From NCBI GenBank assembly GCA_965153355.1, contig OZ231126.1, forward strand, positions 18,228,001-18,292,000: a stretch of 64,000 bases of DNA. Direction: 5' to 3'. The notes below the pieces were generated by a model. It searched no databases and was not told the origin of the DNA. It was given only the letters and a program-made list of their open reading frames with translations. The DNA comes from Flaccisagitta enflata (taxonomy: Eukaryota). Shown here piece after piece: positions 1 through 13,017 of the stretch. Made by a program: the position numbers and the translations under genes. Numbering within the stretch: position 1 is the first letter of the stretch; the number at the start of each line of letters is the position of its first letter.

Positions 1-120
1 CAATATTTGTGTATCATTGTATTGGTGGGTTCGGTCAAAGTTGACCGAATATGTATGTATATATATATCAATAAGTGAGGAAAATCTTATTGTTGGATTT
101 AATTCTTGGACCTTGGTGTT

Positions 121-2341
121 CTATCATCACAAAAAAAACCTTTACTCACGTTTTAATTAAAATCACTGGTTATATTTGGCCGATCTTTAAAAAAAAGTGA
201 CGAAATAAAGGCCCTTCAAACTTTCAAGCAATCAACGCAAACCACGTCTCTCTTACTCAACGCGTTCAATTGTTACTTAACATCAAATGAAATATTTCAA
301 TTTCGCTTTTGCCATTTCTACAAAATGACTTCTAAATGCTTTGAGCTACAGTGGGGTTCATGGAATAACAGCCTAAACTGGAGGAAGGTATCAAAGTGTC
401 TTAATTTCCTCTGACCAACTTGATATTTGAAACATAAGTTATTCATTTGATGCTTTTGTCCCTGAGTTTTTTGGTTGCTATGGAAACCAAAATTCTTATT
501 TTAGAATTTATAACAGCTAAAATATCAATATTTCTACAAATATAATGATCCCACAGTATGTTCTGTAAGAATATTGCTTGTTTGGCCTTTGCTAGGGAGC
601 ATCACACCTACTATCTTCGTGATAAAAATGTTGCAGCACATTCTGATCAATTACTCATAAACGATTTAACTTAACTACAAAAAATTGGTGACCAAATTAA
701 AGCTCTTTAAATTTCCAAGCCAGTGCAATCCGCGTTTTCCTTTCTTGATTGGTTAAGAAGCTATTTAACTTTAAATGAAAGGCTTGCTTTTGAACGATTC
801 TTAACTTGACTCAATTTCTTGTAATCTTTTCCATTCAAACAATCATAACTCATATGTTTTTTAATGAATCTAGGAAAAATTGGTGGCCAAAATGCAGAGT
901 TTTTCAAGAGGCATCTTTTCTCTTTTTGACAAAACATAATCGGTGCAGCCTATAAAAAGTTATGGTCACTCAAAGATAGGAAAAGTAAACATTGCTTATT
1001 GCGCTAAAAGTTTTGAACGCTCTCACTCCTCAAAGCTTCCTGAGGCTCTGTAAATCACTTCCCTGGCAAATGGCGGCTATCATTGAGCTAGGGGGAGCTC
1101 AAATCAATAATTGATTGATTTACAGTAGTCTGGTTTAAGTTGTTTAATCAATCAAAGACCTAAAATCTCAAGTTGCAACATTTTTATTTCGAAGATAGTA
1201 GCAACCGCTAAATGATGCTCCCTAGCAATGGCTAAACAAGCGATATTCTTACAGAACATATTGTGGGAAAGTTGTTATTAACTTGATTTCAATCAATGTT
1301 CCCTTACTACATTAAAAAAAATATTGATATTTTAGCGGTTATGATTGTTTATGAAAATAATTCTAGTTTCCATAGCAACCAAAAAACTCAGGGACACAAG
1401 CATCAATTGAACAAGTTATATTTCAAATATTAGGTTTGTCAAATAAAATTGAATTACTTGAATAAGTTCCTCCAGTTTAGGCTGTTTTTCCACGAACCCC
1501 ACTGTAGACAGATGCGGTTTGCATAGACTGCTCAAAAATCGCAGGACTTCAGTTATGTCACCAATCTCTCAATGATTCGCTGAAGCTGGAGCTAGAAGTC
1601 TCAATGTAGCAAATGGGATCAATAGATGGCGAGAATTTGCGGAGAATGGTCTGGAATGACATCATTCCAGACTACCTCGAAGAGCTCTACGAATTGCTTC
1701 CCTGACAAATGTCAGCCGTCTTACAGTTAAAGGGGGCTCACACTTACTATCTTCGCCAAAAATAATCTTTACTCTTTTATAATAAGTTCATTTACTTGTG
1801 TGAAAAATGAATGTAAAACGATTGTGGATCCATCAATATGTAATGTGAGCCCCCCTTGACTGGATCACGGCTGCCATTTGACAGGGAAGCAATTTGTAGA
1901 GCTTTTTGACATATTTGGGGGTGATGGCCCTACCGATCATTCCTGCTATTTTCTTGATCCCTTATTTTCACTACATTTAGACTTAAACTTCCAAAGAGAC
2001 TCATCAAATCATTGAAAAATTGGTAACATAAATGAAGCCCTACAAAATTTGCGAGCAGTCTACGCAAACCGCATCTGTCTATCTCAAAGCGTTTAGAAGT
2101 GATTTAATAAATAGTAAAATAATATCATTTGAAGATTTGTAGAAATAGAAACAGCAAAATTGAACGATATCATTCAAAGTTAAATAACTTTTAAACAAAT
2201 CAAGTTAGAGAGATGCAGTTTGCGTAGATCGCGTGCAAATTTGAAGGGCTTTAATTTGGTCACCAATTTTTTAAAGATCAGGCTAGTATAACTAGAGATA
2301 TTAGTTAAAACATGAGTAAAGATTTTTTTGGCGAAGATAGT
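121..2341. mobile_element. Foldback/MITE with long inverted arms, interrupted by a TA-inserting MITE
   Basis: 121-346 plus 1507-~1740 is the reverse complement of ~1845-2341. Confidence 0.7.
349..1504. mobile_element. Tc1/mariner-type MITE
   Basis: TA|CAGTGGGGTTC...GAACCCCACTG|TA with ~250-bp inverted arms; the empty TA site is preserved in the host's other arm (2076-2090). Confidence 0.85.
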
Positions 2342-2530
2342 AATATTGATGGATTAATGATCGATTTGTAATCATTCTTAGTTGCGGACATGCAACTCTG
2401 TAAGAGACTTAGTCCGACCGTCGGTCCGCTGGTCTGTTGATCCGTGGTGATCAAGTCGAAAAGTGGAAATATGAGCGTTTTGGCTACTTTTTATGTATGT
2501 TTGTGAATAGAGTGGGGTTTGGGGTGCAGA

Positions 2531-3400
2531 CATGGATGTAGGGGAGCTCTGAGATTCACCACGTCCACTTAGCATTTTAAGACCAAGTCAGGATCAAGAC
2601 CGACTTATGTAAAAAGTGAAAGCTGTAATAAAACTAATTTTTTTACTTTCTGCATCATTCATGAATGAAAATTTGTTATACATGGTGTTTCATGCCAAAA
2701 TAGATATAAGAAAACGATGCCATTCTGCTTCTAAAAATGCAAAAATAATTCTGAAAAAAGATTCAAAGAGCACTTAAGCTCCGATTTTTTGTGTAAAAAT
2801 TTCATGGGTCTGGGTAAAATATTTTGGCCACAACATCAGTTTGAAATAAAATGAGAATATCACAGAGAATCTCTTTTGACATAATTTTGATTCTTAAAGA
2901 TCTTCTTTGAAGCGTTCTCATTTCTAAACGGCTTGAGTTACAGATACCAGATTAGTCTCAAATTAAAGTTTATCAAATTTTCTTTAATTTGAGACCAATC
3001 TGGCATCTGTGGCTCAAGCCGTTTAGAAATTAGAGCACTTCAAAGAAAAACTTTCAAAATCAAAATTATGTGAAATAAGCTTCTCCTTTAAATGCTCATT
3101 TTATTTCAAACTGATGTTGTGGCTAAGATATTTGACTCAAACCCATGAAATTTTTACACAAAAAGTCGGAGCTTAAGTGCTCTTTGAATCTTTTTTCAGA
3201 ATTATTTTTGCATTTTTAGAAGCAGAATGGCATCGTTTTCTTATATCTAATTTGGCATGTATGTCTTGCTAGGCTGTTTTTCAAAGGAATTTCTAATTTA
3301 TCAACCTAGAATCGCGCCTGATTTAAGACCGACTTGGTTTTCAAGATTGACTTTTACCACGTCCATGGACGTGGTGGACGTGGCTTCCCCTACATCCATG
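2531..3400. mobile_element. hAT-like MITE with internal ~570-bp palindrome, inserted into a HINE-like repeat
   Basis: TIR CATGGATGTAGGGG..CCCCTACATCCATG; 8-bp TSD GGTGCAGA; palindrome 2691-3259. Confidence 0.8.
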
Positions 3401-4390
3401 GGTGCAGATGGGGGTTGGATGCCCCTGCCCACCCGTCCGCAACGATATTGCTTTTGAAATTGTTCTTTAAACCTCCAATTTAGTGCCCCCTTTGTATCGT
3501 AGATGAACTGTCATTCAGTCCATCTTTTTTAAAAAAGGCTATCAAAATGTTAAATTTGACTTAAAATGCTAAATTTGACTCAAAATGGAAATATTCATTG
3601 TATATATATGTTTGAAAGTCAATGAAAATGGTTTATTTTTTTACTCAATATATCTGTCCAAATCTTTTCTGAAAAATAAAACACCAAGAAAACAAGGTAA
3701 ACAAACCTTAGTCGCGTGGTAAAAAAGGTAATTAAGGTAATTAAGGTAATAAAGGTAATAAAAGAAAAGGTAACGAAGGTAAAGGTAATAAAGGTAAAAG
3801 TAATAAAGGTAAAGGTAATAAAGGTCAAGGTATCTAAAGTACCTGAAGTACCCTAGAGTACCCTTAAGTACCCTAAACGACCCTACAGTACCCAAAATTT
3901 CCTTAAGTACGCAAAACTACCTAAAGTAACCTTAGATACCTACAGTAACCTATAGTACCCTAAAGTAACTTTAAGTACCCCAAAGTACCTTAAAGTACCT
4001 TTAAAATGAAGATTTAGGCTTTATTTAAAAAAAGTTACCGACCGACAGACCGACCGACCGACCGACCAACCGACCAACATAGCGGCTTCTAGAGTCGCGT
4101 TCACGCGACTAAAAAGAGGGGGCGCTAATTGGAGGGGAGGCTAAATGGAAAAAATACCGTGTTTCTAAACCGTTAGAGCTATAAATGCCAGATTGGTCTC
4201 AAATAAAAGATGATTAGATGTAGTTTTTCATATTTTCCTTGGTTGGTAAATGAGTGAGCATTTAGAGAAGTTTGAGTTTCCTGTCCGTGAAGCGATTTTT
4301 TGACAAAAATTCCTTTTATTTGTGAATTTTCAATAAAAAGTATGACACATAGGTTCCAGACTGTTTTACTCTTTTTGATAAATGAAACTA

Positions 4391-4566
4391 CAGTGGAACC
4401 CCGCAATAACAGCCCCGCTTTTAACAGTTCCCCATCAATAAAAGTCAACATTTGGAGGTCTCAAATGGTAGTTATTAATGTGTTTTCACCTCTCTTTAAA
4501 GGTTATCCTGAGATAAAGGTGAATATTCTTCAGTCCTAATGGGACCGATTAGGCGGGGTCCTACTG
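4391..4566. mobile_element. Short pogo/Tigger-like MITE
   Basis: TA|CAGTGGAACCCCGC...GCGGGGTCCTACTG|TA. Confidence 0.65.
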
Positions 4567-4775
4567 TATATTAAATCATCTTTCATTTGAGACCAACCTG
4601 GCATCTGTAGCTCATCTCTAGCATCTGCTGCAGTTGGTATTGTTTGTGTGTGAGTGGGTTGGAGGGGGGTTGGGGGTGTGGTTGGGGTGAGGCTGAGGGT
4701 TGGATGCCCCTGCCCACCCGTCCGCAACGATATTGTGACATCATCGTAATTCACCATATGTGCAATGACACTATA

Positions 4776-6011
4776 CAGTCAGTGGACAAAACACAAAAGG
4801 TAGAGATCTCACTTTGTTGGCTTTGATCAAACTCAATAACAACTGGTTGTGGAAATTACAGCCGGCTGTTTACAAAGTTTTGCAAAAATCTGACTTTCAC
4901 CAAATAGAATGAGACCTGCAGATTCATAACTCTGATAAAATTCTGAGGAGTTTGATATGTCACAGCATATACTTTTATATGAAAATAAAGATTTTGATCT
5001 ATGTTTGATTCAGTTATAATACAATGTTAAAAAGAATATTTCTAACAAAAACTGTGACATGTCAAACTTCTCAGAATTTCATCAGGATTATGAATATGCT
5101 AGTCCCATTCTATTCCGTTTAGTTCACGTTGCAAAAGAGTACGCAATTTCACACGTCAAAACAATTTTTATCCAATTAAGCTGAGGGGTTTTTTGGTAAT
5201 AACAATTAATTTTTTGCATATCAAAAAGATATTAGTATGATATGCATATGCAAAGTTAAACTAAAGGAAGCAAAATTGATGGATTTTCATAAAAAATCAG
5301 ATTTTGTGCATTGAACATGTCTCGCATAAAATTCTAAGACTGTCTCTAGACATGAAAATTTGCATTTTGAAAAACATGGCGTCAGTCTTAATACTTGTAA
5401 GAAAAGGGCCATGTTCTTAGAAATGCAAATTTTTATGTTCAGAGACAATCTTAGAATTTTACGTGATAACAACTAAAACAACTAAAACTTCTCGTGCACT
5501 TTTTAGTCGCGGACACGCGACTCTACACCTTGCCGTGTCGGTAGGTTGGTTGGTCGGTCGGTCGGTAGGTCACTTTTTTGAATTCTGAGTGGTTTTCACA
5601 TAACTGCTCCTGCCCAACCGTCCGCGACTGAATTGCCGTGTATCCGGCCTTGTTTTTAAAGAAATCTGTTATTTCGGTGTGTACTTCAGGGCTTTACCGA
5701 TGCGAGGTCAATACAATTGATCAGTTATTCCTTTTTACTAATTCTAGGGAGTATGCAAAATGCATAAAACTATAGTTTTGTCTATATTTTTGCTGCATAG
5801 CAGCATGTTACATAACATAACAGAATGATTTGTAAAATTTGATGGTTCTCTAGACCACGACTTAGGTTGGATTTTTGCTGACCTTGTAGCATAACAGCCG
5901 GCTGTAATTTTTACAACCAGTTATTGTTTACAGCATTCTGTTTAATAACATTAAGTTAGATAAAAACCAACTGAGTGAGCTCTATACCTATTTTATTTTA
6001 TCCACTGACTG
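4776..6011. mobile_element. Tc1/mariner-type MITE containing a HINE copy (~5500-5655)
   Basis: TA|CAGTCAGTGGA...TCCACTGACTG|TA with inverted subterminal blocks. Confidence 0.75.
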
Positions 6012-6230
6012 TAAAGTCTCATCAAATTTCCATGTAATTCAATGGGAACTTAGCATTATTGCTGGAAAAAAGTCAAATTAAGTAATTCGACTTCTGTCCG
6101 TGACTATGTCTAAATTCAGACAAGCAGTCAACCAAACACCATGAAATGCACAAACAGAAGACCATGCACTGAAAAAAGAGACTCCTTTTTACGACTTGGT
6201 TCCGGACGGCGATAGCCGCCTTTTTTGGTA

Positions 6231-6792
6231 CAGTAGATCTCGTCTAGACTTGAGATAACGGGGGCAAGCATTGTGGAAAGATGAATGAAGGCAGGGGAGC
6301 AATATTTGGATCATAGACCAATCAAAGGATGCTTAATTCCCCATGATAGGTGGTTGCCATGGAAACACTTTTCCATGTATTCTCATTAAAATATCAATAT
6401 TTTGAGAGTTTTTTTTAGGGAACATTGCTTAAAATCAAATTTGCTACAACTTTCCCACAGTATGTTCTGTAAGAATATTACTCATTTGCCCGTTGCTAAG
6501 GAGCGTATCCATATGTGACAATTCCTAGCAACCGTTAAACAGGCAACATTCCTACAGAACATATTGTGGGAAAGTTGTAGCAACTTCATTTCTAGAAAAT
6601 AATTCCTCAAAAAACTCCTCAAAATATTGATATTTGAGCGAAAATACATACAAATGTGTTTCCATGGCAACCAGCTATCATGGGCAATAAAGCATCCCTT
6701 TATTAGTCTATGTTTCAAATATCACTCCCCAGGCGTCATTTGTTTTTCTACAATGCTTGCCCCCGTTATCTCAAGTCTAGACGAGATCTACT
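6231..6792. mobile_element. Palindromic MITE (CAGTAGATCT family)
   Basis: Near-complete palindrome; same family as 41692-42255. Confidence 0.8.
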
Positions 6793-7635
6793 TTTCTTTT
6801 TTTTGCTTGAGCGACATGTTTTCTTTGCTAGCGCTTAATCCCCACAAAATCCGGAGATATTTTCGTCGATATTTTCAGAAGGGGAAAAAGTCGTTTGCCG
6901 GTTGCCTTTGGCCGTAAGCCGGCAGTCATCGGAAATCATAAGTCAAGGGATTTTCTTGCGCGGTCACAGATTATCGAGCTCTGCATATTTATATATACAT
7001 ATATATTAATATATACATATATATTGATATATACATATATGTATTTATTGGGAAAAAAATCGAAAAACGTTTTTCGATTTTTTGAGTTCCGGGTTAGGAA
7101 TTAATGTTTCCCTTTTTCGCTTGGGACAATTTGAGAAAGTTGGGTCAGAACTAGGCTCGCCCGGGGCTGGGGTTGAAATTGGTACAGGGTGAAAGAGGGC
7201 ACTTTTTTACACCTTCTGGAAAAAAGCAGGGCGCTGTGGGACCAATACTTTAGGCGCTATGAATTTTTTAATCTTTTTTTATTTTCTCACATTTTCCACA
7301 CATTTTTCAAAGATCTATATTTTGCATTGATCTCAATTTTTGGCCCTAAGTAACAACAAAAATGAGTTCAGCAGAGGGCATAGGGAGGGAGGGTGAGGGA
7401 GGGAGGGAGGGAGGGAGAGCGTGGGAGGGAGACAGAGGGAGGGAGAGGGAGGGAAGGAGGGAGAGGGAGGGAGGGAGAGGGAGGAAAGGAGGGAGGGAGG
7501 GAGAGGGAGGGATGGAGGGAGAGGGAGGGAGGGAGGGAGGAAGAGGGAGGAAAAGGTCGCCCAAAGGCAATATGTGGTCAGCGATACCCGTTGCCCTGCT
7601 TTGAATGATTGCTAATTTGTGTGAGGGGAAGCAGG

Positions 7636-8286
7636 GCAGCGGCCCCGAAGGGGATGAAGTCCTGTAGAACACAGGGGGACTTTCATTCGTCCTGCCTGAC
7701 AACATTGATGAGATGCTATAGTGCTCTGATTGAAGGCCTTCAAGAGTCTGAAGGCTTGTCCAAGGCTTAAATGGCCATCAGATCTGATTTGAAGCCTGAC
7801 AGCGCTACTTTCAGGCCTGTGAGGCCTAATTTGAGGGCTGAGAGGGTTTTTTGAGGCCTGAGAGGCCAGGTTTGAGGCCTTACAGGCCGGATTTGGGACC
7901 TGACAAAACAGATTTGAGACCTGAGAGACAAAATTTGAGGCTTGATGGGCTGGAGTTGAGGCCTGAGGGGCCGGATTTGAGGCCAGAGGCCAGATTTGAG
8001 ACTCGAGAGGCTGGACTTAAGGCCTGAGAGGCCAGATTTGAGACCTGACAGGCCAGATTTGAGGCTTAAGGGGCAGAATTTGAGGCCTGAGGGGCCGGAT
8101 TGAAGGCCTGAGAGGCCGGATTTCAGGCCTGAGAGGCCGGATATCAGGCCTGGGAGGCCATATTTGGGACCTGAGAGACTGGATTTGGGGCCTGAGGGGG
8201 CTGATGGGGGGGGGATGAACAGACGGACGAACGAAAGTCCCCCTGTGTTCTACAGGACTTCGTCCCCTTCGGGGCCGCTGCCCAAA
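7636..8286. repeat. Inverted GCAGCGGCCCC..CCTGTAGAACACAGGGG ends around a ~21-bp minisatellite
   Basis: Ends 7636-7685 and 8232-8283 are inverted; internal (TGAGGCCTGAGAGGCCAGATT)n. Relatives at 36852-37232, 38713-39130 and 54201-54618. Confidence 0.7.
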
Positions 8287-8584
8287 AGAGGGAGGGAGAG
8301 GCAGAGGGAGAGGGAGGGAGGGAGAGAGGGAGGGAAGGAGGGAGAGGGAGGGAAGGATGGAGGGAGAGGGATGGAGGGAGTGAGAGAGTGGAATGTAGGT
8401 ATGTGAGGCTTGTAACTGCAATTTGCGCGTGTTTAAGAAATGCGAATTCCTTAAAGAAATTGTCAGCATTCTTTCATTTGTACTTGTAAAAAGGCGAGAT
8501 ATTTACAAATTTGGGCAAAATCAAGGTGAAAAGAGGTCACGTTTTGCTCAAGTTCACATTCTTTGTAATCACGTTTTTCTCTCC

Positions 8585-8592
8585 TATAAATA
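8585..8592 (+). promoter_or_regulatory. Candidate TATA box for the 9029 ORF
   Basis: cctTATAAATActg about 440 bp upstream of the ATG. Confidence 0.35.
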
Positions 8593-9028
8593 CTGCTTCC
8601 ATTTGAATTTCTTTAATCATTGCGTTTGAAATTTCATTGTATGAATATACTTGATCTGCATTTTCCTCTCTGGTCTTCATTCTTAATGAAATACCGTGTA
8701 AACGTTATTGCAAAGGAAAGACACTCGCACCCTCATTTGACTGGTGGCTTCTGCTACCGGATTCTTCACCCGACTCATCTCTCCTCATCTCATCTTGACT
8801 TTCAATCTCATCTTCGACTCATCTCACCGTCTCCGAATTTTCTCAGCCTACCACTCGCGTTTTTGTCTTATCCTTTGTGACTTCCGTTTCTATCTCATCG
8901 TTGCTCTTCCCTCCGCTCGCTCGTCAGTGCGTCTGTTCATCAATCTCCCTTCAGAACTGGGCTCATTTTATCGCCCGGCAACGATTTTTTGATGAAGGTG
9001 GGGTCCGTTTACGCGTATTTCAAAAACT

Positions 9029-10315
9029 ATGTCTTCTCCTTGTTTCTTCTCTTCATCAACTCTCTATTCTACAATGAGAGCGGCGTTTTCCAAGTGGTGT
9101 CTGAACAACGCAAGAAAGGCGGTTGATGGTGAAACCGCCGATCTCCTGTCATCAATGGGTCATCGCGTCAGTGACTGCATCAGAGGTATTGTCATGGGTT
9201 ATGGCAAAGATGCAACGAATGGGGGATCGACTTTACTGCAACAGACTGCTACAGGGCGTGGTGTGGGACGTCTGTTTAATTACGACTTCACTAGGGGAAC
9301 TGTTACGACGGCGCGTAATGCTTTCAACTCTTCAATTACTTCTTTGTGGGATAGTGGTTTGGTGAGGGATGAGCAGCAGCGTCAAAATGTGCGTCTTCTG
9401 AGGCAGCATCAGTGGTCAGGAGTCTCGGCGACAGCAGTCTGTGATCTCAAGATGTCCACGGTGATTGACACGGGTGTGTCAAATGAGTCTATCTTCTGCA
9501 ATGTTATTGGACTGGATCTTGAGGAACAAAGTGACATTTCATCAGCACCACGCGCATCATCGAGGGATCGCGCACGACGTTTGGAAAACAACCCAGTCAT
9601 GATACAGTTGGTGTCCCGGGCTGAACGTCACAGCCGACCAACTGCAATAGCCCAGGCGCAGAAGGAAAAAATTGGGCCCTTGACTGTGGTAGGAGGATTA
9701 TGGCATCAATGGGAGATGGGAGTTCTCTCTACGACTTTAGTTTCAGCTTTTGGAGGGTGTTATGCGACTGGAAATGGAACATCTCGCCGAGTGGAGGTGG
9801 GTCCGTCTTCACTGCAGCCACGCGTCTTTGGCTGTGTCTCATCATTTTGGCATCATCAGTTTTCTTCAGCGTCTTCATTGCAACTCGACAGTTGCGATGT
9901 TCCATCTGTATGGGATCTTACAGATGGGGAAATGGACAGTGGTTCCTTTCATCTTTTGCGGTCTTCTCATCCTCATCATCTACTGGCATCAAACTCGATC
10001 CTGCACGACTCCCGGCCTCTCATCTCTTCTCAAGGTATTGGGAATGGTGTTATGGGTCAGCCCGTTTCAGGAGATCGGCAGTGCGCGTGGGTGTCGGCCA
10101 TTGAGGGAGGAGGAGGAATAATGGGAGGAATGGGTTTGCCGGCTGTCAATGCCCGCATCAGCAGCAACGACGTTGGTGTGGATGCATTGTTTTGGGAAAA
10201 GAGTGTTATCATTTTTCGTCTTCGAGCGTTTCTGGCAAATGGAATTGTGGTACGAGCCCACAATGGCGTCGTCATTTGCAAAGAGATTTGGGACTATCTC
10301 TATGATCCCTTTTGA
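9029..10315 (+). CDS. Intronless 428-aa protein, possible highly divergent Tpt1/KptA-like (ART-fold) protein
   Basis: Long, non-repetitive, GC-richer ORF with TATAAATA at 8585. Motifs LLRQH, SRDR, SRAERHS, PLISSQGI, DRQCAWVS and IIFRLRAFLANGIVVRAHNGVVICKEI occur in the order of Tpt1 motifs (by eye). Confidence 0.6.
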   Translation: MSSPCFFSSSTLYSTMRAAFSKWCLNNARKAVDGETADLLSSMGHRVSDCIRGIVMGYGKDATNGGSTLLQQTATGRGVGRLFNYDFTRGTVTTARNAFNSSITSLWDSGLVRDEQQRQNVRLLRQHQWSGVSATAVCDLKMSTVIDTGVSNESIFCNVIGLDLEEQSDISSAPRASSRDRARRLENNPVMIQLVSRAERHSRPTAIAQAQKEKIGPLTVVGGLWHQWEMGVLSTTLVSAFGGCYATGNGTSRRVEVGPSSLQPRVFGCVSSFWHHQFSSASSLQLDSCDVPSVWDLTDGEMDSGSFHLLRSSHPHHLLASNSILHDSRPLISSQGIGNGVMGQPVSGDRQCAWVSAIEGGGGIMGGMGLPAVNARISSNDVGVDALFWEKSVIIFRLRAFLANGIVVRAHNGVVICKEIWDYLYDPF

Positions 10316-11452
10316 ACGTGTTTTAGTCAACAGACAATAGACTTCTCCAAGCGGATTTTCGTTCAATGAGTAGTATTTGATGACAATTTTGACGGTATTT
10401 TTTTTCTTGGGTAAAATGGGGAATGCATTTGCTCCGAGTTCGGTGTAAAGAGGTGGCGTTAGTCATGTAATTAAATATGTGTTTTGTAATGGGTAAGAGA
10501 AGAAATGTTGTTTTTAGTCGTTGGTAAAACAAAGCTTGTGTCGCCGTCAGTCATCATTGTAGTTTTGTACTCTTAAAGTGGTGAAGGAACGAATGTTTTT
10601 GTTCTCTTTCAGTTTGTGGCATTTTCTCTTTCTTACAAAAGTGGTTATTTAATATTTTGGTTGACTTAAAGGTAAAACGAGACTTTCTTTTTGTAAACTA
10701 AATTCAGTGCGTAATCTTTGATCTGTGAATCGGTGGTCCGTTGGTCAGCTGAGAGAAGAAAACTGTTTTTGTGCCATTTTTTCTCTGTCTGCTCTTGATC
10801 TTGTGTCTCTGTGGTCGGTCCATCAGTCCGTCAGTCTGTATCTCTCTTTTAGAGAAGTGAGGGAGGAAGAGGGAGGGAAAGAGGAAGGAAGGGAGGGAGA
10901 GGGAGGGAGGGGGAGGGAGGGAAAGAGGAAGGGAGGGAGAGGGGAGGGAGGGAGAGGGAGGGAAAGAGAGGGACGGAGAGGGGGAGGGAGAGAGGGAGGG
11001 AGGGAGGAAGAAAGTGAGAGGGGGACAGAGAGAGAGGGAGAGGGAGGAAGAGGGAGAGGGGGAGGGAGAGAGAGGGAGAGGGGGATGGAGAGGGAGGGAG
11101 AGGGAAGGAGGGTAAGGGGGATAGAGAGGGAGAGGGAGAGAGGGAGGGAGGAGGGAGGAAGAGAGGGAGGGAGGGAGGGACGGAAGGAGAGAGGGAGGGA
11201 GAGAGGGAGGGAGTTGCTGGTTACAACTTTTTGGGCAGCGGCCCCAAAGGGGACGATGTCCTGTAGAACACAGGGGACTTTCGTTGGTTCGTTTTTCCGT
11301 TTGTTTGTCCCCCCCCCCAACCATCACCTACATTCACAAAATACAAAGCAGGGCAACGGGTATCGCTGACCACATATTGCCCTTGGGCGACTGGTTCTAG
11401 TTGGTTTACAATTTTTTCTAGTTGGTGAAAGCTACCATTACTCTCTTAATAG

Positions 11453-11524
<72 letters not shown>

Positions 11525-12114
11525 CCTTTTTGGCAGTAGCCCCAAAGATGACCTATGCTTTCACACAGGAGAAATTTCTACTTCTTTTTCTCCTCCTTCT
11601 CCTCCGTCCACCCCCTTCGAAGCTCATATCCTAGCCTTGAGGCTCAAATCCCAGCCCTGAGGCCCAAATCTTAGCCAGCGAAACAGACACAAACAACACA
11701 CACATGCATACATGCACACGCACACGCACATGCACACACACACACACACACACACACAAAACAGCCCTTACGATTTTTTTCCGGTCGGCGAGAGCCGCCT
11801 TTACTGGTATATACATATATATATTTATAAATATAAAAAATGTATGCAGAGCTCGATAATCTGTGACCGCGCAGGAAGATCTTTTTGATTTCCGATGACT
11901 ACCGGCTTACGGCCAAAGGCAACCGGCAACCGACTTTTTCGATAGTTCGATAGTTCGATATATCATTATTATTACTTATTACTTATTACTTCGATAGTTC
12001 GATAGTTCGTTAGTTCGATATATCATGGTTATAAACTTATTACTGTGCCTTATATATATTTTCATGACTGCTTGGACCGTTGGAACGTGTGCGTGTAGAT
12101 CAACGGATAACTGT

Positions 12115-12172
<58 letters not shown>

Positions 12173-12217
12173 GCGTGTGCGTGTGCGTGTGTGTGTGTGT
12201 GTTTATATGGGACACAG

Positions 12218-13017
12218 TATGACAGTGGACAACATTACATCAAAACCAAAAAATAAGGACAAGAGCCTTGGGAGCTCTTACTGGAGTTTAATGCGCACCC
12301 CTCACTACTATCCTTAGAATTATCAAAATCCATCTCAACCCTTACCAAAGAGCAACTCATCAGATACAAACCAACAGCAAGAAAAACCTATAATTGTCGG
12401 CTTTTTATGAAATATGTAAGTGACAAGAAAGAGTACCAGATATCTGCGTTGAACGCCACTTCATTCCTCACAGCTATCTGATCTTCCCATTGTAAATCAA
12501 GATTTTTCCCACTAACTGAGAATAATCCACAAAGTCACCCTGAGTCAACCCTAAATTCTCAGATATATTACTAGTAATCATAATCCAAATTGAGCAAAAC
12601 AAATTACCAAAGGATAAATGAATTATCAAAGATAATGTAATTACCAAAGGCAATGTTGCGAAGAAACCATACCATAAAGGCAAGAATCGAGAGTCAACCT
12701 TACTGGGACCGCCGGCATTCTTAACCAAGGTACTAAACTATATGACAGTGGACAACATTACATCAAAACCAAAAAATAAGGACAAGAGCCTTGGGAGCTC
12801 TTACTGGAGTTTAATGCGCACCCCTCACTACTATCCTTAGAATTATCAAAATCCATCTCAACCCTTACCAAAGAGCAACTCATCAGATACAAACCAACAG
12901 CAAGAAAAACCTATAATTGTCGGCTATTTATGAAATATGCAAGTGACAAGAAAGAGTACCAGATATCTGCGTTGAACGCCACTTCATTCCTCACAGCTAT
13001 CTGATCTTCCCATTGTA
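12218..13017. repeat. ~277-bp direct repeat pair (period 523 bp) between (TG)n and (AATGTA)n
   Basis: 12218-12496 matches 12741-13019; possibly a retroposon fragment. Confidence 0.8.

Larger units (their letters stand above)
6884..11940. mobile_element. Putative inverted-repeat-bounded element (~5.06 kb) carrying a single intronless ORF
   Basis: ~100-bp inverted repeats 6884-6987 and 11843-11940 (gaaaaagtcg.ttgccggttgcctttggccgtaagccgg...gcgcggtcacagattatcgagctctgcata); no TSD resolved. Confidence 0.55.

Noticed and set aside
7346-8469. Pro/Gly/Arg-rich ORFs (also 10704-11369)
   Set aside because: Derived from (GGGA)n tracts and a 21-bp minisatellite.
12340-12370. CTGATGAG on the minus strand as a hammerhead ribozyme core
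   Set aside because: No appropriately placed GAAA or closing stems found.
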